Source of the DNA: Candidatus Electronema halotolerans
GTDB lineage: Bacteria; Desulfobacterota; Desulfobulbia; Desulfobulbales; Desulfobulbaceae
Direction: 5' to 3'
Length of the DNA stretch: 32,000 nucleotides
Assembly: GCA_942493095.1 (NCBI GenBank)
Contig: OW818675.1
Span: forward strand, 1,680,001-1,712,000
Below the pieces are notes generated by a model, which was not told where the DNA came from, searched no databases, and saw nothing but the letters and a program-made list of their open reading frames with translations. Numbering within the stretch: position 1 is the stretch's first letter; every line of letters starts with the position of its first letter. The position numbers were made by a program, and so were the translations under genes. Of this stretch, positions 18,082 through 31,036 are shown piece after piece.

Positions 18082-19365
18082 ATGCTTCCAGTTCTCTACC
18101 GCATAGCTGGCAGGACTGCTCACGCCCTGCTTCCGGCCCTTTTGCCCGCAGTCAATGCTCTTGCTCCCAGCTGGGAAGCCGGACAGCGGCTGGGAAACTA
18201 TCAGGGAACCGCTGCTCAGACCACAGGCCCGCTGCTCTGGATTCACGCCGCCTCAGTGGGCGAAATGCAGGCTGCCCGCGCTCTGATCGCTGTCTTGACC
18301 GAAAAAATTCCCAGTTGCCGCTTTGTGCTCACGGCCATGACCAGACAGGGCCGGGATGCGGCCCGCGCCCGGCTGCCGGAGACGGTGCGCTGCGAGCTGG
18401 CCCCGATAGACACGCCGCAGGCTGTGACTGCGGCTCTGCGGACGCTGCGGCCTGATCTCTATGTCTGCTTGGAAACTGAACTGTGGCCGACCATGCTGCT
18501 GGAAACAGGCAAGGCCGGGATTCCCATGCTCCTGCTCAACGGACGGCTGTCTGCATCCGCCTTTCGCCGCTACCAGCGCATCTGCGGTTTCATGACCGAT
18601 CTGCTCAGAGGCTTTGCCGCAGTCGGAGTGATCCGGGAGGAGGACGGCGACCGCTATTGCCAGCTCGGCGTTGAGGCCGGGCGGATCAAAGTCTGCGGCA
18701 ATCTCAAATATGATCTGCCTGCTGCTGATGCGGCGGCAGTGCGGGAAAAATATCAGCGGCTGCTCACGCCTGCCGGGAAAAGGCTGTTCATCTGCGGCTC
18801 CACCCGCAGCGGCGAGGAAGAGCTGCTCCTGCCAGTGTATCGACGATTGCGGACGGAAACAGCAGGCAACCTGCTTTGGATCATTGCTCCTCGCCATCTG
18901 AACCGCTTGGATGAGGTCAGACGGCTGCTGATGCGGGCCGGGCTGGACTGCGAGCTGCTCTCTGACTGCGCTGCTGAAGGACGGAGAAAGGACATTATCT
19001 TGGTTGATTCGCTGGGCGAGCTGGCTGATTTGTATGCTCTTGGTGATGTCAACTTCTGCGGCGGCAGTTTAGTTGATAAGGGCGGCCACAACATCATGGA
19101 GCCGGTGCGCTGGCACAGGCCAGTGCTCTTCGGCCCGTTCATGCGCGATTATCAGGATGCGGCAGACTTGGTGCTGACCGCAGGCGCGGGCTTTCAGGTG
19201 CGTGACGCAGAGGAGCTGGCTGACCGTCTCTCCGTGCTGCTGCGGGACGAGCGGCTTCAGCAGGAAGTCTGTCAGGCGGCAAAGCGGCTGGCCCGCTCGC
19301 AGCAGGGGGCAGCGCAGCGGCAGGCGGATATGGTGCTGCGGCAATTGCAAGGCATCTCGGCCTGA
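18082..19365 (+). CDS. waaA: 3-deoxy-D-manno-octulosonic acid (Kdo) transferase
   Basis: LLWIHAASVGEMQAARALI, PDLYVCLETELWPTMLLETGKAGIPMLLLNGRLSASAFRRYQR, STRSGEEELLL, IIAPRHLNRLDEV, FCGGSLVDKGGHNIMEPVRWHRPVLFGPFM. Confidence 0.95.
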   Translation: MLPVLYRIAGRTAHALLPALLPAVNALAPSWEAGQRLGNYQGTAAQTTGPLLWIHAASVGEMQAARALIAVLTEKIPSCRFVLTAMTRQGRDAARARLPETVRCELAPIDTPQAVTAALRTLRPDLYVCLETELWPTMLLETGKAGIPMLLLNGRLSASAFRRYQRICGFMTDLLRGFAAVGVIREEDGDRYCQLGVEAGRIKVCGNLKYDLPAADAAAVREKYQRLLTPAGKRLFICGSTRSGEEELLLPVYRRLRTETAGNLLWIIAPRHLNRLDEVRRLLMRAGLDCELLSDCAAEGRRKDIILVDSLGELADLYALGDVNFCGGSLVDKGGHNIMEPVRWHRPVLFGPFMRDYQDAADLVLTAGAGFQVRDAEELADRLSVLLRDERLQQEVCQAAKRLARSQQGAAQRQADMVLRQLQGISA

Positions 19366-19497
19366 CGGTTGAACAAATTTAGTTAGGAATATTTGAACCC
19401 GCTTGGTATTCGCTCACATTATCATCGATAAACCACCGCACCTGATTTTCCTTCGCAGCGCAACAGCAGGTGATCTCAATCCGAAAAACAATTCTAT

Positions 19498-20607
19498 ATG
19501 AAAGCACTTATCGCGCTTGAAGACGGCACTGTCATGACTGGCCGCTCCTTCACCGGGCCGGGCGAGGCCGCCGGGGAGATCGTGTTCAACACCAGCATGA
19601 GCGGCTATCAGGAAATCCTGACAGATCCCTCCTACACCGGCCAGATGGTCACCATGACCTACCCGCTGATCGGCAATTACGGCATCAATGCCGAGGACAT
19701 GGAGTCGGCAGCCGTGCATCCCCGCGCCTTCCTGATGCGCGAACATCAGGCCGTGCCAAGCAATTTTCGCGCCTGCAGCACCTTGCTCGACTTCCTGCAA
19801 AAATTCGGCGTGCTTGGCATCGAAGGCCTAGACACCCGGATGCTGACCCGGATCATCCGCAAGCGCGGGGCCATGAAGGCGGTCATCTCCACCCAAGACA
19901 CTGATCCAGCCTCGCTGGTGGAAAAAGCCAAGCAGTGGGATGGTTTGGTGGGCCGGGACATGGTGGCAGGCGTGACAACGGCCAAGCCTTATGCTTGGGG
20001 CGCAAACGGCCCGCTGGCAAGCAGCGCGTTCCCGGCAGGCGGCAGGTTCAAGGTCGTGGCTTATGATTTCGGGATCAAATACAACCAGCTCCGCATTCTG
20101 ACTGAGAAAGGATGCAGCGTCTTGGTTGTGCCTGCGAAAACCCCGGCAGCCGAGGTGCTGGCTCTGAACCCGGACGGCGTGTTCCTCTCCAACGGCCCTG
20201 GCGACCCGGCAGGCGTGGAAGGGGTGGTCGATAACATCCGCGCTTTGCTTGGCAAGAAGCCGATCTTTGGCATCTGCCTTGGTCATCAGATGTTGGGGCT
20301 GGCTTATGGCGGCCAGACCTTCAAGCTCAAATTCGGCCACCGGGGCGGCAATCAGCCGGTCAAGGATTTGCAGACCGGCAAGGTGGAGATCACCTCCCAG
20401 AATCATGGTTTCTGCGTTGACCCGGACAGCCTGCCTGACAGCGTGGAAGTGACTCACATCAACCTGAATGACGGCAGCTTGGAAGGCATGCGGCACAAGG
20501 AATTCCCCGCCTTTTCTGTCCAGTACCACCCGGAACACGCGCCTGGCCCGCACGATGCCGTCTATCTCTTTGACCGCTTCCTTGACCTGATGATGGTCCG
20601 TTCCTGA
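19498..20607 (+). CDS. carA: Carbamoyl-phosphate synthase small subunit
   Basis: [62 protein letters not shown]; GATase [29 protein letters not shown]. Confidence 0.98.
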   Translation: MKALIALEDGTVMTGRSFTGPGEAAGEIVFNTSMSGYQEILTDPSYTGQMVTMTYPLIGNYGINAEDMESAAVHPRAFLMREHQAVPSNFRACSTLLDFLQKFGVLGIEGLDTRMLTRIIRKRGAMKAVISTQDTDPASLVEKAKQWDGLVGRDMVAGVTTAKPYAWGANGPLASSAFPAGGRFKVVAYDFGIKYNQLRILTEKGCSVLVVPAKTPAAEVLALNPDGVFLSNGPGDPAGVEGVVDNIRALLGKKPIFGICLGHQMLGLAYGGQTFKLKFGHRGGNQPVKDLQTGKVEITSQNHGFCVDPDSLPDSVEVTHINLNDGSLEGMRHKEFPAFSVQYHPEHAPGPHDAVYLFDRFLDLMMVRS

Positions 20608-20623
20608 TGGAAATCCCACCGTA

Positions 20624-20742
20624 GGGGCAGCCCCTTGTGGCTGCCCGGTTGCTCATTATCCCCGATGATGGGCTGCCCGGTTAATTATTGCGACCACGAC
20701 ATTCAGGGCAGGCACGGGGGCCTGTCCTGCCGATGCTTTTTT
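20624..20742. repeat. REP-like palindromic intergenic element between carA and carB
   Basis: GTAGGGGCAGCCCCTTGTGGCTGCCCGGTT hairpin (stem 20625-20632/20639-20646), direct repeat GGCTGCCCGGTT at 20639-20650 and 20671-20682, and hairpin CAGGGCAGGC-ACGGGG-GCCTGTCCTG (20704-20729) with a six-T run at 20737-20742. Confidence 0.6.
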
Positions 20743-20765
20743 AGATATTATTCGTCCAGCTTGCC

Positions 20766-23993
<3,228 letters not shown>

Positions 23994-24029
23994 CGCAGCA
24001 TTCAACTCATCCAATCACTTCCCAGAGGA

Positions 24030-25880
24030 ATGAACAACTTTTACAAAAATCTGAGCATGTGGCTGGTGATCGGTCTGGCGGCGGTGCTGCTGGTCAATCT
24101 CTTCCGTCCCCAGCCGCAGGAGTCCAGCACGCAGATGACCTACAGCCAGTTTCTGGACAATGTCGAGAGCGGGGTGATCCGCCGGGTGACGGTCAAAGAT
24201 GACCGTATTCTTGGCTCAACCACCGACGGCAGACCCTTTATGACCATTGTTCCGCCTGACTTGGAGCTGATTCCTCTGCTACGCAAGGCAGATGTGGATA
24301 TTTCAGTCAAGGAGCCGGACAAGGAATCGCTCTGGATGTCGATTTTCATCTCTTGGTTCCCGATGCTCCTGCTGATCGGAGTCTGGGTCTTTTTCATGCG
24401 CCAGATGCAGATGGGCGGCGGCAAGGGCGGCGCGCTTGGCTTTGGCAGAAACAGGGCCAGAATGCAGGAGGAGGGAGAGGTTAAAATCACCTTCAAGGAT
24501 GTGGCCGGAATTGACGAGGCCAAGGCCGAGTTGGAGGAGATCATTGATTTTCTCAAAGACCCGGAAAAATTCACCAAGCTGGGCGGACGCATTCCCAAGG
24601 GCGTGCTGCTGGCCGGTCCTCCAGGCACAGGCAAGACCTTGCTGGCCAAGGCCATTGCCGGCGAGGCGGGCGTGCCGTTTTTCACCATTTCCGGCTCAGA
24701 TTTTGTTGAGATGTTTGTCGGTGTCGGTGCCTCGCGGGTGCGCGATCTGTTCAGCCAAGGCATGAAAAATGCGCCCTGCATCATCTTTATTGATGAGATT
24801 GATGCAGTGGGACGGCATCGCGGGGCAGGCTTGGGCGGCGGCCATGACGAGCGTGAGCAGACCCTGAACCAGCTCTTGGTGGAGATGGACGGCTTCAACG
24901 CCAATCACGGCGTGATCATCATAGCGGCCACCAACCGGCCTGATGTGCTGGATCCGGCCCTGCTCCGGCCAGGCCGTTTTGACCGGCAGGTGGTGGTGCC
25001 CATCCCGGACATCAAAGGCCGCCAGATGATCTTGGAGATTTACGGGCAAAAAACCAAGCTGGCCGCTGATGCTGACATGGCGGTCATTGCCCGTGGCACT
25101 CCCGGCTTTTCCGGGGCTGATTTGGAGAACTTGGTCAACGAGGCGGCCCTGCTTGCCGCCCGGCAGGGGGCTGAGGAAGTCAGCATGGAGCTGCTGGAGC
25201 AGGCCAAGGACAAGGTCATGATGGGCGCGGAACGGCGTTCGATGATCATCTCTGAGCATGAGAAGAAAATCACCGCCTGCCACGAGGCGGGTCATGCGGT
25301 GGTGGCCCGACTGCTGCCCGGCACGGATCCCATCCACAAGGTGACAATCATTCCCCGTGGACGCGCCCTCGGCCTGACCATGCAGTTGCCTATTGATGAG
25401 AAATACACTCTTTCCAAGCCGTTTCTTCTCAGCAACATCCAGATACTCTACGGTGGCTGGGTGGCGGAAAAGGTCATGTTTGGCGAGATCACCACCGGCG
25501 CAGGCAATGACATTGAGCGGGCCAGCGAGCTGGCTCGGAAAATGGTCTGTGAATGGGGCATGAGCGATGAGCTGGGGCCGCTCGCCTACGGCAAGAAGGA
25601 GGAGCAGATTTTCTTAGGCCGCGAGATCGCCCAGCATCGTGATTACAGCGAGGAAACCGCCCGCCGCATTGACGAGGTGGTCAAGCAGATCATCCTTGAC
25701 GCGACAGCGGCCACAGACAAGCTGCTGCGGCAGAATATAGACATCTTACAGGCTGTGGCGGATGAACTGCTGGAAAAGGAGACCATCACCCTTGAAGATA
25801 TTGACCGGGTTATTGCCGAGCTGAGATCGGACGAGGGCACAGTGACCTTGGAAAAAGCGGCGAAAGACGAAGCAGCCTGA
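24030..25880 (+). CDS. ftsH: ATP-dependent zinc metalloprotease FtsH
   Basis: Two N-terminal TM segments, [46 protein letters not shown], zinc site [14 protein letters not shown]; AGAGG-type RBS upstream. Confidence 0.98.
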   Translation: MNNFYKNLSMWLVIGLAAVLLVNLFRPQPQESSTQMTYSQFLDNVESGVIRRVTVKDDRILGSTTDGRPFMTIVPPDLELIPLLRKADVDISVKEPDKESLWMSIFISWFPMLLLIGVWVFFMRQMQMGGGKGGALGFGRNRARMQEEGEVKITFKDVAGIDEAKAELEEIIDFLKDPEKFTKLGGRIPKGVLLAGPPGTGKTLLAKAIAGEAGVPFFTISGSDFVEMFVGVGASRVRDLFSQGMKNAPCIIFIDEIDAVGRHRGAGLGGGHDEREQTLNQLLVEMDGFNANHGVIIIAATNRPDVLDPALLRPGRFDRQVVVPIPDIKGRQMILEIYGQKTKLAADADMAVIARGTPGFSGADLENLVNEAALLAARQGAEEVSMELLEQAKDKVMMGAERRSMIISEHEKKITACHEAGHAVVARLLPGTDPIHKVTIIPRGRALGLTMQLPIDEKYTLSKPFLLSNIQILYGGWVAEKVMFGEITTGAGNDIERASELARKMVCEWGMSDELGPLAYGKKEEQIFLGREIAQHRDYSEETARRIDEVVKQIILDATAATDKLLRQNIDILQAVADELLEKETITLEDIDRVIAELRSDEGTVTLEKAAKDEAA

Positions 25881-25943
25881 CCTGCGCTGAACATTTCCAG
25901 TCAATCTGAGGCGCAGGATTTTCCTGCGCCTTTTCTTTTTGGA

Positions 25944-26759
25944 GTGAAAACGATGCGGCAGACGCGGATCATGGGCATCCTCAATGTCACCCCGGATTCC
26001 TTTTCCGACGGCGGCAGTTTTGTTGACGAGCGCAGCATCCTTGCGCAGGCCGAGCGGCTGCTGGCCGAGGGCGCGGACATCATTGATGTGGGCGGCGAAT
26101 CGACCCGGCCCTTTGCCGAGCCTGTTTCTGAACAAGAGGAACTGGGACGGGTCATTCCAGCGATTCAGGCGGTGCGTTCCCTGTCCGCTGCGGTGCCGAT
26201 CTCCATTGACACCACCAAGGCTGCTGTGGCCCGCGCCGCTATGGCCGCCGGTGCGACCATGCTCAACGACATTTCCGCCCTCCGCCATGACCCGGACATG
26301 CTACAGGTCGCGCTCGAACATGACTGCCCAGTGATCATCATGCACATCCAAGGCACGCCGGGCGACATGCAGGTCAATCCGCACTACGAGGACGTGGTTG
26401 CTGAAATCTGCGCCTTTTTCCAAGAGCGGACCGCGTGGATGCAAGCCCAAGGCATCAGGCGGGAGCGGATCATCATTGATCCGGGCATCGGCTTTGGCAA
26501 GACGCTGGAGCATAATTTGACCATTCTCCGCCATATCAGCGCGTTCAAGCAGCTTGGCTTTCCAGTCCTGATCGGCCATTCACGCAAATCCTTTTTCGGC
26601 AAGCTACTCAATCTTGCCGTTGAGGAACGCGACTGCCCGACTGCCGTGGTGTCAGCTCTTTGCGCCCGGCAAGAGGCGGATATTCTTCGGGTGCATGACG
26701 TGGCTCAAACAAGGGCGGCAGTGCGGCTGGCTGCGGTGCTGGAGCCGCAGTCCGAATAA
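25944..26759 (+). CDS. folP: Dihydropteroate synthase (start may be ATG at 25953)
   Basis: RIMGILNVTPDSFSDGGSFVDERS, DIIDVGGESTRPFAEPVSEQEEL, IDPGIGFGKTLEHNLTILRHI, GHSRKSFFGKL. Confidence 0.96.
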   Translation: MKTMRQTRIMGILNVTPDSFSDGGSFVDERSILAQAERLLAEGADIIDVGGESTRPFAEPVSEQEELGRVIPAIQAVRSLSAAVPISIDTTKAAVARAAMAAGATMLNDISALRHDPDMLQVALEHDCPVIIMHIQGTPGDMQVNPHYEDVVAEICAFFQERTAWMQAQGIRRERIIIDPGIGFGKTLEHNLTILRHISAFKQLGFPVLIGHSRKSFFGKLLNLAVEERDCPTAVVSALCARQEADILRVHDVAQTRAAVRLAAVLEPQSE

Positions 26760-26791
26760 AAAAAGCCCGTCATGCCTGAGACATGACGGGC
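26757..26791 (-). terminator. Rho-independent terminator for the minus-strand small gene at 26814-27110
   Basis: Minus strand: GCCCGTCATG-TCTCAGG-CATGACGGGC followed by a T-tract (A-run at 26758-26764 on the plus strand). Confidence 0.85.
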
Positions 26792-26813
26792 CGAGTCAAA
26801 CAGCATCGTTGAT

Positions 26814-27110
26814 TTACTGAGATTCCGGTTTCGTCTCGCAGGCACCTTTGTCAGTGCTGTAATGCACTTCAGCCACATAGAGACCGTTTTCTTTTTCCGG
26901 CAGAATCTGAATCATGGTGTCAGCTCTGAGACAGTCCTTTCCACCCAGTTCCGCATCCTTGCTGGCTGCTAGCTGCGCGCCTGCGGCAAAAGCCTCAGCA
27001 ACAGTTTTTCCATAGACTTTTGCGCATTTTTTATCCCCGGCATGAGCCAATGTGGCGAGCAGCAAGCCAACTGCCGCATAGGCTGCAATAATAAAATTCT
27101 GCATGATCAC
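26814..27110 (-). CDS. Small exported protein of unknown function
   Basis: 98 aa with signal peptide-like N-terminus MIMQNFIIAAYAAVGLLLATLAHA, three Cys in the mature part, AGGAGGT Shine-Dalgarno a few nt upstream, and a terminator downstream. Confidence 0.75.
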   Translation of the reverse strand: MIMQNFIIAAYAAVGLLLATLAHAGDKKCAKVYGKTVAEAFAAGAQLAASKDAELGGKDCLRADTMIQILPEKENGLYVAEVHYSTDKGACETKPESQ

Positions 27111-27138
27111 ACCTCCTATGAAGATGTCCAGCCCTTGT

Positions 27139-27157
27139 AATAGGAATAGTTCCTATT
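27139..27157. promoter_or_regulatory. Candidate operator palindrome upstream of the small exported protein gene
   Basis: AATAGGAA-TAG-TTCCTATT, perfect 8-bp dyad about 29 nt upstream of the start, nested within TGTAA...TTACA (27136-27168). Confidence 0.45.
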
Positions 27158-27297
27158 TTCATGTTACAGGATCAGAGGAAAATTGTCAAAAAATATATGA
27201 TTTCAAAAAGATGTGTTATTTTTTAAACTCTGGTTTAAAAAATTATTTTGCATAGTATGTTCATTGAAAGCAGCGCATTATTTTTTCTTTTTCCTGC

Positions 27298-27347
27298 TTG
27301 ACAGATATAACACGGTGTGATAGAACGGATGAAACGATGATGTTATA
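27298..27347 (+). promoter_or_regulatory. Candidate promoter/operator of the nickel transport operon
   Basis: TTGACA at 27298-27303 with a weak TAGAAC 17 bp downstream; inverted repeat TATAACA (27306-27312)...TGTTATA (27341-27347); TATAAT at 27344-27349. Confidence 0.4.
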
Positions 27348-27372
27348 ATCAACAAATAAATATTACAATCTT

Positions 27373-27987
27373 ATGCACATTTCCGAAGGTGTCCTCTCTG
27401 CGCCAGTGCTGATCAGCGGCGGCGTGACTGCCGCAGTCGGCACGATCATCGGCCTACGCAAGATCGAATGGGACAATGTCATGCCGACGGCCTTGCTTTC
27501 CTCCACCTTTTTTGTCGCCAGCCTTGTCCACGTCCCCATAGGGCCGGGATCCGTGCATCTGATTCTCAACGGACTGGTTGGCCTGATTCTTGGCTGGGGC
27601 TGCTTTCCCGCCATTCTGATCGCCCTCTTTCTGCAAGCACTCTTCTTTCAGTTCGGCGGCCTGATTGTGCTCGGAGTCAACACCACGACTATGGCCCTAC
27701 CAGCCGTGTGCTGCCATTATCTGACCCGCCGCTGGCTGGAGGAGCCAAAAACCCGGGCCGGTGCCGCCTTTGCCGTCGGCCTGCTGTCAATTCTCTTTTC
27801 CGCCCTGCTGACCTCCTTGGCCTTGGCCCTGTCAGACATGGGGTTCTTAACCACAGCCAAGGTTCTGGTTGTCGCCCACGTGCCGGTCATGATCATTGAG
27901 GGCTTCATTACTATGTTTGTCGCCGGTTTTATTGCCAAGGTGCAGCCGGAAATCCTTCATCTTCAGCCTGTTACCGTCAAGTCATGA
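27373..27987 (+). CDS. nikM: CbiM/NikM-type substrate-specific component of ECF nickel/cobalt transporter
   Basis: MHISEGVLSAPVLISGGVTAAVGTIIGLRKI: conserved N-terminal MHI(S/P)EG metal-binding motif plus multiple TM helices. Confidence 0.88.
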   Translation: MHISEGVLSAPVLISGGVTAAVGTIIGLRKIEWDNVMPTALLSSTFFVASLVHVPIGPGSVHLILNGLVGLILGWGCFPAILIALFLQALFFQFGGLIVLGVNTTTMALPAVCCHYLTRRWLEEPKTRAGAAFAVGLLSILFSALLTSLALALSDMGFLTTAKVLVVAHVPVMIIEGFITMFVAGFIAKVQPEILHLQPVTVKS

Positions 27988-28643
27988 ACACTCCAAAAAC
28001 ATCGCTGCCGCTTGTCCTGCTTTGCATTCTTCTCCTGCTGCCGGTCACTGCCGCTGCCCATAAAATGAGCGTCTTTGCCTGGGCTTCAGGGAATCAGATT
28101 CAGGGTGAAGTCAAATTCAGCGGAGGCCGCCGGGCCAAACATGTGTCTGTCGAGGCGCAGGATGAAGCCACTCATGCTGTGCTGATGAAAAGCGAGACCA
28201 ATGACAATGGAGAATTCACCCTTGCCCTGTCCGCCGCTGTTCTTGAAAAGAAGCCGGACCTGCTGATAGTCGCCAACGGCGGCGACGGTCACCGGGGCGA
28301 ATGGCCGCTCAAGGCCAAGGAATACATGGCGGCTGAAATTCCTGCCGCGCCTGAGGCTGACACTGCTGCTGCCGCGCCCGCATCGCAGGAGGAGGAAACA
28401 GCAGCCGAGTCCTCATCGTCCTCTTCCAGCGGCACTGTTCAGGCGACGGGAGTTGACAGCCGCCTGCTGCGGCAGATTGTCTCTGAGGAAGTGAACCGGG
28501 CAGTGACTCCTATACGGAGGACGTTAGCCGAAGAAAGCGAGCGCGGGCCTTCCTTGCAGGATATTCTCGGCGGCATTGGCTGGATTGTCGGCATGGCCGG
28601 AATTGCCGCCTGGATGCAGAGCCGTCGGAAAAAACAGAGCTGA
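27984..28643 (+). CDS. nikL: NikL-like additional component of nickel ECF transporter (signal peptide, Ser/Ala linker, C-terminal TM)
   Basis: MNTPKTSLPLVLLCILLLLPVTAAAHKMSVFAWASGNQIQGEVKFSGGRRAKHVSVEAQ...; overlaps the nikM stop; C-terminal hydrophobic helix ILGGIGWIVGMAGIAAWMQSRRKK. Confidence 0.7.
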   Translation: MNTPKTSLPLVLLCILLLLPVTAAAHKMSVFAWASGNQIQGEVKFSGGRRAKHVSVEAQDEATHAVLMKSETNDNGEFTLALSAAVLEKKPDLLIVANGGDGHRGEWPLKAKEYMAAEIPAAPEADTAAAAPASQEEETAAESSSSSSSGTVQATGVDSRLLRQIVSEEVNRAVTPIRRTLAEESERGPSLQDILGGIGWIVGMAGIAAWMQSRRKKQS

Positions 28644-28728
28644 TATTGCCGAGAATCGGGCGGTGCGCAATGCGCTGCCCGTCTTTTTTATCCATCCCTC
28701 TATATTGCATCATAAAAAAGGAGCAGAA

Positions 28729-29508
28729 ATGAAGAAGCTGCACGCTGCATCTATGACTGCCGCCATTGTGGCCCTGCTGGCAGGCAATGCCTTTGCCCAT
28801 TTCGGCATGGTGATTCCGTCGGAAAACGTTGTCACCCCGGAAAAGAAAAACGTCACGTTGGATATTTCCTTTTCCCATCCTTTTGAGCTGAAGGGCATGG
28901 ATTTGGCCAAACCCAAGAAGTTCTACATGGTGTCTGCCGAAGGCGAGAAAACCGACCTGCTGCCTGAGTTGAAGGACAGCAAGGTCATGAATCACAAGGC
29001 TTGGAAGGATACTGTTGACATCAAGCGGCCTGGCGTATATACCTTTGTCATGGAGCCGCATCCCTACTGGGAGCCTGCTGAGGACATCAGCATTATCCAC
29101 TACACGAAAACTGTGATTGCGGCCTTTGGTGAGGATCAGGGCTGGGACAAGCCGGTCGGCATTGAGACGGAGATCGTGCCGCTGACCCGTCCTTTTGCCA
29201 ATTACGCTGGCGACAGCTTCCGTGGCCAAGTGCTGCTCAAGGGCAAGCCAGTGCCGGGCGCGGAAGTTGAGGTTGAGCTGTACAACAAGGATGGCAAATT
29301 TGTCGCACCGAGCGACTACCATGTCACTCAGGTGGTCAAGGCGGATGAGAACGGCGTGTTCAGCTTCACCTGTCCGCAGCCAGGCTGGTGGGGTTTTGCC
29401 GCTCTGAACGAAGCTGATTTCAAAATCAAAGACCCGGACGGCAACGACAAGGGCGTGGAGATTGGCGCAGTGCTCTGGCTTTATCTGGATGCGTACAAGA
29501 CGAAATAA
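28729..29508 (+). CDS. nikK: NikK-like periplasmic DUF4198 family component
   Basis: Start at ATG 28729 preceded by AAAAAAGGAG; MKKLHAASMTAAIVALLAGNAFAHFGMVIPSENVVTPEKKNVTLDISFSHPFE...GKPVPGAEVEVELYNKDG... Confidence 0.75.
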   Translation: MKKLHAASMTAAIVALLAGNAFAHFGMVIPSENVVTPEKKNVTLDISFSHPFELKGMDLAKPKKFYMVSAEGEKTDLLPELKDSKVMNHKAWKDTVDIKRPGVYTFVMEPHPYWEPAEDISIIHYTKTVIAAFGEDQGWDKPVGIETEIVPLTRPFANYAGDSFRGQVLLKGKPVPGAEVEVELYNKDGKFVAPSDYHVTQVVKADENGVFSFTCPQPGWWGFAALNEADFKIKDPDGNDKGVEIGAVLWLYLDAYKTK

Positions 29509-30260
29509 TGACCTTTGAGCAATTCAGCACTGGCAGTTCCTTTTTGCATCAGGCAGATCCACGCGGCAAATTAGTCAGTGCTGGACTGCTCAGTTTGGTT
29601 GTTGCCTTGGCCCAGAATATGCGCACTGCCCTAGCCGGACTGCTGCTGTCGCTGCTGCTGACAGCGGCGGCCCGGCTGCCGTGGACAAAGGTGCTGCGCA
29701 GACTGCTGATTGTCAACGGGTTCAACGCCTTTCTCCTCCTGCTTCTGCCGCTGACTTATGGCGGTGCAGAGACTGCCCGTGTTGCCGGGTTTGACCTGAG
29801 CCTGAGCGGCCTCTGGCTGGCTGTGCTGATCACGATCAAGTCCAATGCGGTCATTCTGATTTTCATCAGCCTCTTAGCCACTTCCACGGTGGCCAAGCTG
29901 GGACAGGGTCTGCAAGGGCTGCGCCTGTCACCGCGCCTCTGCCTGCTGCTCCTTTTTTCCTACCGCTACCTTGGTCTGATTCATGAAGAATATCTCCGCC
30001 TACACCGGGCGGCAGGTCTGCGCTCCTTTCAGCCCAAGACCAATCTGCACACCTACAAAACATACGCCCATCTTCTCGGCATGGTGATCGTGCGGAGCTG
30101 GAACCGGGCGGCGCGGGTGCAGCAGGCCATGATCCTGCGCGGCTTTGACGGAACTTTCCGCAGTTTGGACACCGCCATCCTGCACCGGAGCGATGTCATT
30201 CTGACTGCTGGCCTGTCCTTTGCCGCCCTTGCCCTGACCGTGCTCGAACTGGCGCGGTAA
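29508..30260 (+). CDS. nikQ: CbiQ/NikQ-type ECF transporter transmembrane (T) component
   Basis: LHQADPRGKLVSAGLLSLVVALAQ N-terminus, AAGLRSFQPKTNLHTYKTYAHLLGMVIVRSWNRAARVQQAMILRGFDGTF coupling motif. Confidence 0.88.
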   Translation: MTFEQFSTGSSFLHQADPRGKLVSAGLLSLVVALAQNMRTALAGLLLSLLLTAAARLPWTKVLRRLLIVNGFNAFLLLLLPLTYGGAETARVAGFDLSLSGLWLAVLITIKSNAVILIFISLLATSTVAKLGQGLQGLRLSPRLCLLLLFSYRYLGLIHEEYLRLHRAAGLRSFQPKTNLHTYKTYAHLLGMVIVRSWNRAARVQQAMILRGFDGTFRSLDTAILHRSDVILTAGLSFAALALTVLELAR

Positions 30261-30292
30261 GCTGATTTTCTTTCTTTCCTTTTACAACAAAG

Positions 30293-31036
30293 ATGACCGT
30301 TGATTCAACTCCTCCTCTTGTCCAGCTTCAGCAGATTTCCTTTGCCTATCCGGGCCGCCGTCAGATTCTCGAGCAGGCGGATGTGACTTTGGATTACCGG
30401 CAGCGCATTGGCCTGATCGGTCCCAACGGCAGCGGCAAGACCACCCTTCTGCATCTGCTCATGGGTCTGATCAATCCCACCGGCGGCAAGGTGCTCTTCA
30501 AAGGCCGGGAGGTCAGCAGCAAGGAGGACTGGCGTGAGCTGCGCCGCAGCATCGGGCTGGTCTTTCAGGATGCGGATGACCAGCTTTTTTCTCCCACTGT
30601 GCTCGAAGATGTCGCCTTTGGCCCGCTCAACCTTGGTCTGAGCCAAGAAGAAGCTCTGGATAAATCCCGCCAGACATTAGACAACTTGGGTCTGACCAGG
30701 CTGACGGACCGAATCACGCATCAGCTTTCCGGCGGCGAGAAAAAGTTGGTCTCCTTGGCCACTGTGCTGTCCATGCAGCCGGAAGCCATGCTCTTAGATG
30801 AGCCGACCAACAACTTGGACGGCACCATCCGCGCCCGCCTGATCAGCATTCTTAAAGGCTTGAAGATCGGCTACATGATTATTTCCCATGACTGGGATTT
30901 CTTGGCTGAGACCTGCGATGAACTCTACACCTTGCGCGACGGCAAGGCACTGCGCAGCGGCACGGAATGTCTGCACTGCCATCCGCATGCGCACAGCGGC
31001 GGCGGCCTGCCGCATGAGCATCCGCAGCAGCAATGA
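30293..31036 (+). CDS. nikO: CbiO/NikO-type ECF transporter ATPase with His-rich C-terminal tail
   Basis: Walker A GPNGSGKTT, signature LSGGEKK, Walker B AMLLDEPTNNLD; C-terminus ECLHCHPHAHSGGGLPHEHPQQQ. Confidence 0.93.
   Translation: MTVDSTPPLVQLQQISFAYPGRRQILEQADVTLDYRQRIGLIGPNGSGKTTLLHLLMGLINPTGGKVLFKGREVSSKEDWRELRRSIGLVFQDADDQLFSPTVLEDVAFGPLNLGLSQEEALDKSRQTLDNLGLTRLTDRITHQLSGGEKKLVSLATVLSMQPEAMLLDEPTNNLDGTIRARLISILKGLKIGYMIISHDWDFLAETCDELYTLRDGKALRSGTECLHCHPHAHSGGGLPHEHPQQQ

Noticed and set aside
27111-27372. Cobalamin or Ni/Co riboswitch upstream of nikM
   Set aside because: Region is AT-rich with no recognisable B12-box-like motif or multi-stem architecture; only a promoter-like element and short dyads are visible.
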